Assembly (NCBI GenBank): GCA_963667175.2
Contig: CAXXXF010000011.1
Location: 32,001 to 96,000, forward strand
DNA length: 64,000 nucleotides
Direction of reading: 5' to 3'
Source of the DNA: Candidatus Latescibacterota bacterium
GTDB taxonomy: Bacteria > Latescibacterota > UBA2968 > GCA-2709665
Under the pieces are notes generated by a model. The model ran no database searches and had not been told where the DNA came from. It worked only from the letters and a program-made list of their open reading frames with translations. The translations under genes were made by a program, and so were the position numbers. Of this stretch, positions 8,289 to 17,460 are shown piece by piece. Each line of letters begins with the position of its first letter. Position 1 is the first letter of the stretch.

Positions 8289-11142
8289 GACTATCTTCGC
8301 CGTGGGTTACTGCATACGCACCGTTCGGCGTTGCTTCCAGCTCCTCCCGATTTCTTTCCAGATAAAGTAATAACTGGGCAAAGAAATAGTCCAGCGTGAA
8401 ATCACTGATTACGACGCCATCCGTAACTTCGTCCAGGTCGATGACTTCCTCGCGTAGTTGCTGAAGCTGTCTATCGCGGAAATTCAGTTCTCTCTGGACC
8501 CCGTCAAATGTGTCTTCGTCCAGAGGATCATCGGTCCCGCTTGCGGCCGCGTCGGCAAGTGCCATACGCGCCTGAACGCGGCTTTGCAAACGCAGATAGA
8601 CTTCCATATCGTCGGTAGGCCAATAATTGATCATCTTTACCGCATTGCTGCGGCTACCAATTCTGTCAATGCGCCCGAAACGCTGGATGATTCGTATGGG
8701 ATTCCAGTGGATGTCGTAGTTCAAAACGGTATCGCAGTCCTGCAGGTTTTGACCCTCCGAGATGCAGTCGGTCGCAATTAGCAAGTCAATTTCGCCGTTG
8801 ACGTCACCAGCGCGCCTACGCGCACGAGGCGCGAAGTTGTTTAGAATGGCGTTGAAGTTGTTGTCGCCAAACTCTGTACGCGTCATATCGCCGGCGACAA
8901 GGGCCATATTCAAACCCAATTCTTCAGCCAAGCTTTGTAGGTTATCGTAAAGGTAAACAGCCGTATCTTTAAACGTGGTGAATATAAGGATTTTGCGATT
9001 ATGCCTGCCATCCTTGTCTTTCGTTGGTCTATTCACCCTGCTTCGAACATGCTCCTTGATTTTTCTCAGCTTTCCGTCCCGATCCGGTGAGATCCCCCGG
9101 ACTCTCTGCCATGCCGAAGCAAGCGTTTCCCTATCCTTCAGTAGATCATTCCTCCAGCGTGGCAAGTCGAGTTCACCGAGGCGATAGGGACTGCGTGCTC
9201 GATTGACCAGGAATTCCTCATCGTCATCGTCCGGAAGGATATCGGCTTGAGATGACACCGTAGCCCGGGTTTCCAGGAAACTGTCGATTTTTGCGACCAA
9301 GTCGTCAATCTTAGCAACGGTCCGACCCAGCGTTTCGGAGAGTGAATGGGCGGAGCTTTCTAAGCGCTTTAGAAAGTTCGTCCGAATCATGCCAATCAGA
9401 AAGCGCTCACGGTCCGCCTGGTTGAAACTCAATGTTCGTTTTTCATCCGCCAGTCTTTGTTTTGCCTCTTCACTCGTGACGTATCTGGAAGGCCTGTATA
9501 CAGAAAGGGCGAATGCATCTATTTGTTCCGCTAGACTCTGATACGAAAGTCGACCAGTCAGGTCGGTCTGAGGATGGTGGTTCTTGGGTTTCAACTGTTT
9601 GGGAAACTCACCGATGCGATCCATTTCGTCGGCGTAGAATGTCTCGATCTGGCGTCGCGACCGGGCAATCGAAATTCCGCCTAACAATCCGAAGAAATCT
9701 GCGCCCAGCTGTACCAATAGCTTCGATTTGTCTTTTTTACCAGTCTGTGCAGTGGTGTTCTCCCATGACTTAAATTCCCTTTGAGCCTGTCTAAGCAACT
9801 CGCCGATATTGCCAATTCCCAGACTCTCGCGGAACACATCCTCGCGTCCTTCGGTCATCAGGTAAATCTGATTGCGAAGATCAATTAGCGACGTGTTAAC
9901 GGGCGTTGCCGAGAGCATCAGCACCTTTGTCTGCGTACCCTCCTTTATCACTTCTTCAAGCAGACGAGAATACCGGCTGTGTCGGATAGTACCCTCTTCA
10001 TCCCTTTTCGGTTTTGAATCATTCCTGAAATTATGAGACTCGTCTATGACCACCATATCAAAATTACGCCAGTTAAAGTTCGCAAGATCGATGTCACCCG
10101 ATTTTCCTCTGCTGCGGGATAGATCTGTGTGCGACAGCAATGTGTACCCGAAACGGTCTTTTTCGAATGGATTGTCCGTATGGGAGTAGTAGACCGGATA
10201 AAGTGACCAGTTTTCCCTTAGTTTCTTGGGGCACAATACCAGAACCCGTTCATTTTTCAACTCGAAATATTTGATAACAGCGAGCGCAGTGTATGTCTTC
10301 CCTAACCCCACGCTATCTGCCAGGATGCAGCCGTTGTGTTTCTGAAGGCGCGTAATGACGCTCTTAGCGCCATCCCGCTGGAAATTGTACAGCTGTTTCC
10401 AGATTAACGTATCCTCCAGTTGTGTTTCCTCTATATTCCGGTCCCCGGCTTTTCTTGCTTCGATTTCCTCCAAGAACAGCTGGTAGAGCGTCTTGTAATA
10501 GATCAGTTCCGGGGAATGGTCCTTGCCGATCCGGTTTAATGCGTCAATGACCTCCCTTTTTACATTTCGGGTGAGTTCCTTGTTTGTCCAGAGTTCGTCA
10601 AACCACGTGCGCAATTCGGCACGAATTACCGAATCGGAGGCTGCGAGGTTGATTTCGACGTTTGCCCCCCCGTCGCAGCCAAGCCCTCTCCTGGTAAAGT
10701 TGGAACTCCCGACCACCGCCGAACCTCTACCTGAGTTCTCGAACAGATGCATTTTGCCGTGAAGAAAGTTGGACTTGCCGATGGAGCGAATACTCACGCG
10801 CCTTCTCCGCGCCCACTCCTCGCACCTCCGGGCCAGGTGTTTCTGCTGCAAAACGTGATGGGGCGACAGTCCATCTTCCGTCAGATCGTAAGATTTCGGC
10901 TCTTTATCTCCTGGGTCCAATTCGCCCACGGATGCCGGATCGCCGAACAGAAAGCGGACATCCTTTACGCCCCGCAGTTCGGATTCCAGAGCCTCGTACC
11001 CGTAAATCGTGAAATACGCTGAAACGAGGCGGTACACGTCGGCATCCGGCAAGTGCGCCCGCAGAAAGTCGGCCACGCTATGGCGCCGATTGTCCAGGAT
11101 ATGCTCGTACGCGGAGAATTCCGCTTTTTTCGTATCGGTCAT
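8283..11142 (-). pseudogene. PLD-nuclease/SNF2 helicase fusion, interrupted by the insertion element
   Basis: FLHGKMHLFE..GSSNFT (PLD-like), LADSVGLGKT, IDESHNF, LSATP, SEGQNLQ, QRFGRIDRIG. Reconstructed intact ORF is 1093 aa. Confidence 0.9.
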
Positions 11143-11185
11143 CTACGCTCCAAAAAATCTGTAATCGCGGGTTTCACGCGACGTA

Positions 11186-11455
11186 TATTAGAATCTTACA
11201 GTAAGACTTCCACGCAAAATGCGTGCATGTTTATTGGTGCAGTTTGCTCCCGTTCACGCGTTGTAATCCCCCCACCGCATCAGCCGTCGCCTGCCCTTCG
11301 ACAGGCTCAGGGAACAGGCTCGGCTTCTGCCTGCCTGTGCTGCGGACGCAGGCAGGCGACTCCCCCTCAAGGGGGGAGTGATTGCAATGTCAAACGGGCT
11401 CAGGCGTTCACTTCAGTCAATCAGGTTGCGGCTGAACAAAACGAAGCCGCGATAC
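11186..11455 (-). mobile_element. Non-autonomous derivative (copy 1) of the 6577-8288 element, carrying nested REP-like cargo
   Basis: Starts TTAGAATCTTACAGTAAGACTTCCACGCAAAATGCGT (reverse complement of the element's right end) and ends GGTTGCGGCTGAACAAAACGAAGCCGC (reverse complement of its left end). Confidence 0.85.
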
Positions 11456-11502
11456 GGCACTCAGCGATTTCGAACCCCGTCTTTATTCGAAAGGACGTCC
11501 CG

Positions 11503-11880
11503 ATGAAGAAACGACCGTTCACGAGTTCGAAAGGCAACACCCCCAAATTCCCGTATTCTCAGGCCATCATATACGGCGACCTGATATTCATCTCCGCGCA
11601 GCCGCCGGTGGATCCGGAAACGGGAGACGTGGATTCCGGCGACGTAAAGGCCCAGACACGTCGTATCCTCACCAACGTAGCCGGCATTCTCGAGGACGCG
11701 GGCACGTCGCTGGACAACGTGCTCAAGGTCACCGTCTTTCTGAAAGACCGGTCGCTGTTTTCCGATTTCAACGACGCCTATGCCGGTTTCTTCCCGGAAA
11801 ACCCGCCGGCGCGTTCACCGGTTTTCACCGACACCGGCGACTACCTGGTGACCATGGATTTTATCGCAGGTATGGCTTGA
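11503..11880 (+). CDS. RidA/YjgF/UK114-family protein
   Basis: PYSQAI, VLKVTVFL, FNDAY, PPARS; AAGGA RBS before ATG 11503. Confidence 0.85.
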   Translation: MKKRPFTSSKGNTPKFPYSQAIIYGDLIFISAQPPVDPETGDVDSGDVKAQTRRILTNVAGILEDAGTSLDNVLKVTVFLKDRSLFSDFNDAYAGFFPENPPARSPVFTDTGDYLVTMDFIAGMA

Positions 11881-11909
11881 GACCGGCGGCGTGACGACCC
11901 GTCATCGGA

Positions 11910-12929
11910 TCATGCGTCATCGTCCGATCTGTCCCGCCGTTTGAGCGCAAGGCGTGCGCCCAGACGCAGCGTCTCGAGCATATTGGCCTCGTCCGCGACG
12001 CCCTGCCCCGCAATATCGAACGCCGTGCCGTGGTCCACGGACACCCGGACGACGGGCAGACCCAGCGTGACGTTGACCGCGTCGTGAAAGGCCACCAGCT
12101 TGACCGGCGCGTGGCCCTGGTCGTGGTACATGGCCACCACGCCATCGAAACCGCCGTTGTACGCCTTCAGAAAAACCGTATCCGCGGGAAGCGGTCCCGC
12201 AACCCGCATCCCCCCGGCCTTCGCCTTCCGAATGGCCGGCCGGATCCGTTCCACGTCTTCATCGCCCAGGATTCCCGCCTCTCCTGCGTGCGGATTCAGG
12301 CCGCACACGGCGACGCGGGGATCCGGCATGCCCATGTCTTCCAGGGCGCCGTGCAGCAGTCTGATCGTGTCGAAGACGCGCGTTTTAGTCACCTGCTCCG
12401 GCACCCTGCCCAGCGCCATGTGACCCGTGACGTGGGCCACGTTCAGGCGCTCCGACGCCAGCATCAATCGGACGTCCCGAACGCCGAGGCGATCCGCCAG
12501 CAGTTCCGTATGACCCGCGTACCTGAACCCGGCCCGGTTCATCGCCTCCTTGTTCAGCGGCGCCGTTGCGATCCCGTCGACCCGCCCCGCCACGGCCAGG
12601 TCCGCCGCTCCAACCACCCATTCCACCGCCGCCCGGCCCGCCTCCGGACAGACCCGCCCCGTCTCAACCCGCGCGTGATCCAGGTCCACTGGCGCCCACA
12701 GATCGATCTCTCCGAAGCGGTATCGGCCTCGTTCGGGCGCGTCGACCGTCCGGAAATCGAGCGGGCGGGTCGAATGCGACAGGTTTGCGGCGAGAACGTC
12801 CGCGTCGCCGACCACGAGCGGCCGGCAGAACGCATAGACCTCCGGGTGACTCAACGCCTTAACGATCACCTCCGGGCCGATGCCGCAAACGTCCCCCATC
12901 GTGATCCCCAGCAATGGACGCGGTGTCAT
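11910..12929 (-). CDS. pdxA: 4-hydroxythreonine-4-phosphate dehydrogenase (PdxA/PdxA2 family)
   Basis: ITMGDVCGIGPEV, TAPLNK, GHTE, LNPHAGE, MYHDQG, SVDHGTAFDIAG. Confidence 0.92.
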   Translation of the reverse strand: MTPRPLLGITMGDVCGIGPEVIVKALSHPEVYAFCRPLVVGDADVLAANLSHSTRPLDFRTVDAPERGRYRFGEIDLWAPVDLDHARVETGRVCPEAGRAAVEWVVGAADLAVAGRVDGIATAPLNKEAMNRAGFRYAGHTELLADRLGVRDVRLMLASERLNVAHVTGHMALGRVPEQVTKTRVFDTIRLLHGALEDMGMPDPRVAVCGLNPHAGEAGILGDEDVERIRPAIRKAKAGGMRVAGPLPADTVFLKAYNGGFDGVVAMYHDQGHAPVKLVAFHDAVNVTLGLPVVRVSVDHGTAFDIAGQGVADEANMLETLRLGARLALKRRDRSDDDA

Positions 12930-12976
12930 CGTATCACCCTTCGGTGTTCCCACCCGGTTTCGACCCGCCGAGTCGC

Positions 12977-13840
12977 CTATCCTTTTTCTGGACCCGAAGT
13001 CGCATAGACGTGCCGCGGACGGCCGCTGAAGGGTTCTCCGCCCAGGTACATCCGCGTGAATCCGCGCTGTACGGAAAACCCGAATTCCTTCGCCAACGCC
13101 GTACCGTCCGGATTGACGAGCGGCACGTCGAAGAAAACCGGTTCCCCGGCCAGCCGGTCCAGCGCCCAGCAGAACAGCGACCTGCCCGCCTGCTCGTGGG
13201 CCGCCACCAGGGGGCCGATCTGAAACGCGTTGCTGCCCGGTCTGACCATCACGTAGCCCTCGATCTCGCGCCCGATTCCGGGGAAAACGCCGCAAAGGCC
13301 CCCTGAATCCCGGTGCAGATGCCTGAGCAGATCCTCGCGGCAAACGCCGAAGCGGGGCGTATCGAAGGCAATCACGTCTGGCAGGTCCGCGCCGCGCATC
13401 GTGCGCACCGTCGCCCACCGGCACGCCCGTCCGACCCCTTCCCGCCGTTCCAGCGCGTACTCGTCCCGGAACCCGAGCGGCACGTACACGTTCCGTCCCA
13501 TCGGCGTCGCGTCCAGTTTGATCGTGTCCACGCCGCTGGCCTGGAGGTGCGCAATCCCGTGCCGCAACATCGCGCTGCCGATTCCCTGACGCCGTCGCGC
13601 CGGCGGGACCAGCACCATCGCCACCCAGCCGCAGACCCCGCCGAACGTCACCGTCACGACCGTTCCGGCGGGCTCGCTCCCGATCTCGGCGACAAAACAA
13701 CCGTCGGGAGAAAGCGCCAGAAAACGCCGCCAGTCCCCCTCAACCTGGTTCCAGCCGGCCAGCGTCTTGAACCGCATGCCGGTCGCGACGTCCGCCGGGG
13801 TCATCGTCCGGATGCGGAGGTCTTGCTCGATATTGGACAC
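12977..13840 (-). CDS. GNAT N-acetyltransferase (two-domain, YitH-like)
   Basis: GWNQ, RRRQGIGSAML, LDATPMGRNVY, QIGPLVA; GGGAGG RBS before GTG 13840. Confidence 0.85.
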   Translation of the reverse strand: MSNIEQDLRIRTMTPADVATGMRFKTLAGWNQVEGDWRRFLALSPDGCFVAEIGSEPAGTVVTVTFGGVCGWVAMVLVPPARRRQGIGSAMLRHGIAHLQASGVDTIKLDATPMGRNVYVPLGFRDEYALERREGVGRACRWATVRTMRGADLPDVIAFDTPRFGVCREDLLRHLHRDSGGLCGVFPGIGREIEGYVMVRPGSNAFQIGPLVAAHEQAGRSLFCWALDRLAGEPVFFDVPLVNPDGTALAKEFGFSVQRGFTRMYLGGEPFSGRPRHVYATSGPEKG

Positions 13841-13920
13841 ACGCCCTCCCACGGATTGCATCCGCCCGTGGCACCGACGGCAGTCGGAACGCAACGCGCG
13901 ACCGACGGACGACTCACCCG

Positions 13921-13951
13921 TTGACACGGCAATCCATACACTCCATATTAT
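13921..13951 (+). promoter_or_regulatory. Putative sigma70 promoter for the 14224 membrane-protein gene
   Basis: TTGACA at 13921, then CATATT/TATTAT at 17-19 bp spacing. Confidence 0.45.
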
Positions 13952-14060
13952 CGCCACTTCAGGCCCTGCCCGCAACAGCCGGAGCGTCGAATCCCGGACC
14001 TGAACCGTCCACGGCGCCCACGTCCTCACAATCCCGCGGAGAAGCCCGGACCCCACTTTA

Positions 14061-14221
14061 TCAGCCCGTTAAAAAATTCCATCCGGGCTGCGTCCGGCCC
14101 TTGTGACCGAAATACGGCGTTGCGCTCCCTCCCCGAATCCAGGGATTCGCGTCGGTCGCGCGCCTTGTCTTCGGCCACAATAGCTCGGCCTCGCCTGCAG
14201 AGCGACTTTTTCAACGGACTG
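14061..14221. mobile_element. 161-bp MITE with terminal inverted repeats, copy 1
   Basis: CAGCCCGTTAAAAAA...TTTTTCAACGGACTG ends; TTA on both flanks; near-identical copy at 42078-42238. Confidence 0.85.
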
Positions 14222-14223
14222 TT

Positions 14224-16143
14224 ATGGCACAGATTGTCAGCCGTCGATCCATCCTCATCGGTCTTGCGCTTACCATCGTCATCTGCCTCTTCGCGACTGA
14301 CACCACCTACCGCCTGCGCGCCTCCCGCGTCTCCCTGGGGCACCTGCCCATGTCCCTCTGGCTACCGTTCCTGCTCCTCTTCCTGGGCAACAGGATTCTG
14401 CAAAACCTCCGTCCGAGCTGGTCCCTGAACGCCGGGGAACTCGGTCTCGTCCTCTGCATGGGATTCATCGGGGGCGCGTTCCCCACGAAGAATATCGCGG
14501 GCCGCCTGGTCGCGGTCCTTGCAACGCCATATTACAAGGCCACGCCCGAAAACCGTTGGGGAGAATACGTCACGGAACACCTGCGGCCCTGGTCGGTCCC
14601 GGGAAACCGGAGCGACGCCATCACCCACCTGTGGGAAGGGCTGCCCAGGGGCCAGCCCGTTCCATGGGAGGTGTGGGTGGCGCCTCTGTTCTGGTGGTTC
14701 ACCCTGCTCTTCGCGCTCTTCTTCGCCTGCCTCTGCATCGCCGTGATCCTCCGCAAACAGTGGGTGGAACACGAACGGATCGTCTTTCCCCTGGCGCGGC
14801 TGCCGCTGATGATGATATCCGACCCCGGATCGGGCGCCATTCCGCTTTTCAACAACCGGCGGTTCTGGATCGGATTCGGAATCGGCATCTTCGTTCTCGC
14901 GTGGAACGTCCTCCCGCGATTCTCCCATCGCGTGCCCTACATCCCACTCGGCCCCACGTTTTCCAGCGCCCTCACCCTCGGCCACGACTTCCCTCCGCTG
15001 CAGATCAAATTCAACTTCGTCGTGGCCGCGTTCGGCTATCTCACGAACCTCGAAGTGCTGCTGTCCGTCTGGCTCTTCCATCTCCTTTCGCTCTTCGAGA
15101 TCGGCCTGACCAACCGACTCGGCATCGCCGTGAGCAGCGAATACCACGGGGGCGTTCTCCTGCAGCAGGCCGGGGGTTTCACGGCCCTCGTGTTTCTGGG
15201 TCTATTCATCGCGCGAAAGCACGTCGCGGGCGTGTTCCGCAGCGCCTGGCGGCGGCAGCCGGGAATGGACGACCGGGACGAACTGCTGTCCTATCGCACT
15301 GCGGTCGTCGGCCTTCTCCTGTCCCTCGCCTACGCCGTGGCCTGGCTCCACGCGCTGGGCATTTCCATCCTGGCCGTAATCGTCCAGCTGGGCCTGCTTC
15401 TGGTCTTCTTCCTGGGCCTGTCGAAAATCGTGGCCGAAACCGGCCTGGTCTACATCGAAACGCCGCAGCGAACCCAGGCGCTGACCGCGGCCATCCTGGG
15501 CACACAGGTTCAGACGGCCGACCACGTGGGCCTCGCCCTGTCGGCCAACGTCGTGGAGAGCCACAGGCAATACATCCTGCCTTCGCTGGTACACGTCGCC
15601 CGAATCCAGCACAGCTTTCGCTGGCGCCGATCCCGCGTCACCGCGGCGCTCTGCGCGGCCTTCGTCGCCGGCTTCGTCGCTTCCGTCGCGTATACCCTCA
15701 ATCTCTGCTACAGCGCCACCGGCGCCGCGAATATCCGCCACGTCTACGTATTCGGCGGCTACGGCCTTCGCATGTTCGATCGCGTGGTCACGTGGGCCGG
15801 CGCGCCGCCCACCTTTACGGGAACGGAACTCGCATTCATTGGGGCCGGCGTGCTGGGTACCCTGCTCCTCGGGATGCTCCGGCTGCGCTTTCCCTGGTGG
15901 CCGCTGCACCCCGTCGGCTTTACCGTCGGATATGCGTTCCCCGTGCGGGTAACCGCATTCACCGTCTTTCTCACGTGGGCCTTCAAGGCCCTTGTGCTCC
16001 GGTTCGGCGGCATTGCGCTCTACCGGAGTTTCCAGCCGTTCTTCGTGGGTCTGCTGATGGGCTACACCCTGGGCGTGGGCATCTCCACGTTCACCGATGC
16101 GGTCTGGTTCCCCGGAGACGGGAAAATGGTACACACATGGTGA
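14224..16143 (+). CDS. Polytopic membrane protein, DUF6785/DUF6784-like putative transporter
   Basis: 639 aa with many TM helices; LRKQWVEHERIVFPLA and FPWWPLHPVGF motifs. Confidence 0.8.
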   Translation: MAQIVSRRSILIGLALTIVICLFATDTTYRLRASRVSLGHLPMSLWLPFLLLFLGNRILQNLRPSWSLNAGELGLVLCMGFIGGAFPTKNIAGRLVAVLATPYYKATPENRWGEYVTEHLRPWSVPGNRSDAITHLWEGLPRGQPVPWEVWVAPLFWWFTLLFALFFACLCIAVILRKQWVEHERIVFPLARLPLMMISDPGSGAIPLFNNRRFWIGFGIGIFVLAWNVLPRFSHRVPYIPLGPTFSSALTLGHDFPPLQIKFNFVVAAFGYLTNLEVLLSVWLFHLLSLFEIGLTNRLGIAVSSEYHGGVLLQQAGGFTALVFLGLFIARKHVAGVFRSAWRRQPGMDDRDELLSYRTAVVGLLLSLAYAVAWLHALGISILAVIVQLGLLLVFFLGLSKIVAETGLVYIETPQRTQALTAAILGTQVQTADHVGLALSANVVESHRQYILPSLVHVARIQHSFRWRRSRVTAALCAAFVAGFVASVAYTLNLCYSATGAANIRHVYVFGGYGLRMFDRVVTWAGAPPTFTGTELAFIGAGVLGTLLLGMLRLRFPWWPLHPVGFTVGYAFPVRVTAFTVFLTWAFKALVLRFGGIALYRSFQPFFVGLLMGYTLGVGISTFTDAVWFPGDGKMVHTW

Positions 16144-16159
16144 AACGCACCCAACGTCT

Positions 16160-17182
16160 TCACGGGTTGCGCGGACGGGAACGCACCCCCTCATCTCCGA
16201 ACATGAATGAAAGCAGGGCGAAGCGCTTGCCCGACGTCACCTCCGTGACCTCGTGCAGGTGCGAACAGGAAAATACCACGGCGCCGCCCGCGCCCGGTTT
16301 GTAGAGGTGGGGGCCGAATTCCGGAAACCGCAGGCGCCCGCCCGCGTACCGTTCGTTCAGGTTCAACGTGAGCGCGAACCGCCGGTGCGCGGTCGACGGG
16401 CTCAGGTTGTCGCGGTGCGCGTGAAAAAACCCACCGGACGCGGCGTCGTAGCAGGCAATCTTGAACCCCTCAAAACGCGTGGCACGGTACGCAAACGCCC
16501 GCTGCAACTCCGGAATCACCCTGCGGCCGATGGTGGACGAGAGCAATCTGACCAGCTTGTCGTCCTCTACGGTATGGTCCCTGCGGCTCTTCCGTCCGGC
16601 GTCGATCCGGTCTCCCCGCCCGGTACCCTGCGACTGCTCCACACCGGTTTCCACGTTGCCTCTGTTCTCCCACGTCCGCATCAGGAAATTGCAGATTTCG
16701 GGATCCAGCACATTGGGAACCAGCAGGACGGGGGCCTGTGCGTCAACCACCCTGGGTTCGGTCTCCGGCCGCCTTGAATCCAGCACGTTTCTCACCTTGC
16801 GCGCCGCGTTGCGCGGGTCATCCAGCACGACCGACGCAAGCACGCGCAGATTCGGATCCAGCACGAATACGACGGAAGATTCGGAATCCGAGATCCGATA
16901 CGCGGATCGAACCACGCCTTTCGCATCCACGAAGACCGGATGGGGCCACTGCGAATCCGTCGCTTTTCCGGAAGCCACGACCGCGAAGAGGTCCACGTCC
17001 CATCCGTCCAGCGCGGTTGGAAAGCCCGCAAGGCGTTCATCCTCGCCAGGGGAAAAGATCAGGACGGCGGGGGCGCCGCCTGCCCTTGAATAGAACCGGG
17101 TCGGCTTGCCGTCAGGCGCCAGCGGAAGCACGAAGTCCGTGGCCCGCTCGCCTCGTTCCAGTCCCTGTGTCGGTGACTTCAT
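16160..17182 (-). CDS. 2OG-Fe(II) oxygenase with an N-terminal redoxin-like domain
   Basis: HRD..., GGRLRFPEF, LHEV...GKRF; N-terminal GERATDFVL and VFVLDPNLRV. Confidence 0.85.
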   Translation of the reverse strand: MKSPTQGLERGERATDFVLPLAPDGKPTRFYSRAGGAPAVLIFSPGEDERLAGFPTALDGWDVDLFAVVASGKATDSQWPHPVFVDAKGVVRSAYRISDSESSVVFVLDPNLRVLASVVLDDPRNAARKVRNVLDSRRPETEPRVVDAQAPVLLVPNVLDPEICNFLMRTWENRGNVETGVEQSQGTGRGDRIDAGRKSRRDHTVEDDKLVRLLSSTIGRRVIPELQRAFAYRATRFEGFKIACYDAASGGFFHAHRDNLSPSTAHRRFALTLNLNERYAGGRLRFPEFGPHLYKPGAGGAVVFSCSHLHEVTEVTSGKRFALLSFMFGDEGVRSRPRNP

Positions 17183-17460
17183 GACTCAGCCTTCCATTGC
17201 AATGAGGCAGGCAACTGATGAAACCGGCGCGTTCGCCGGTGCGTCCAACCGGAACCGGGCGTCGAACGTCTGAAATCGAACAAAGAATGGATCCTAAGGC
17301 TCATAGAACTCCGCGGCGTCAAAAGATACCTTCCGGGACGGGACTGTCAAAACACAAAAGTCCGCTGTACGTACGAACCGCCCCGGCCGCGTCTCCATTG
17401 GGATGATTCGGAGTTCGACGCGCGGGGAACGGGGCCGGTCCCGGGAAACACAGGCGACCA

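Noticed and set aside
8283-11142. Calling the left island DISARM
   Set aside because: No DrmA (DUF1998 partner helicase) or DrmB visible; the PLD is fused to SNF2 and paired with a type IIG MTase instead.
11053-11502. 150-aa N-terminal extension on RidA sharing LESYSKTSTQ with the helicase ORF end
   Set aside because: Both peptides are translations of the same element end sequence, not protein homology; RidA has its own RBS and ATG at 11503.
11910-13700. Long PdxA fusion (596 aa), and similar extensions at 47485-49731 and 50610-52661
   Set aside because: The extensions are Arg/Gly-rich alternate frames overlapping real upstream genes, typical of high-GC DNA.
17404-17406. Selenocysteine readthrough of the TGA before the GT4 gene
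   Set aside because: The position is non-catalytic and upstream of the domain; no convincing SECIS was seen.
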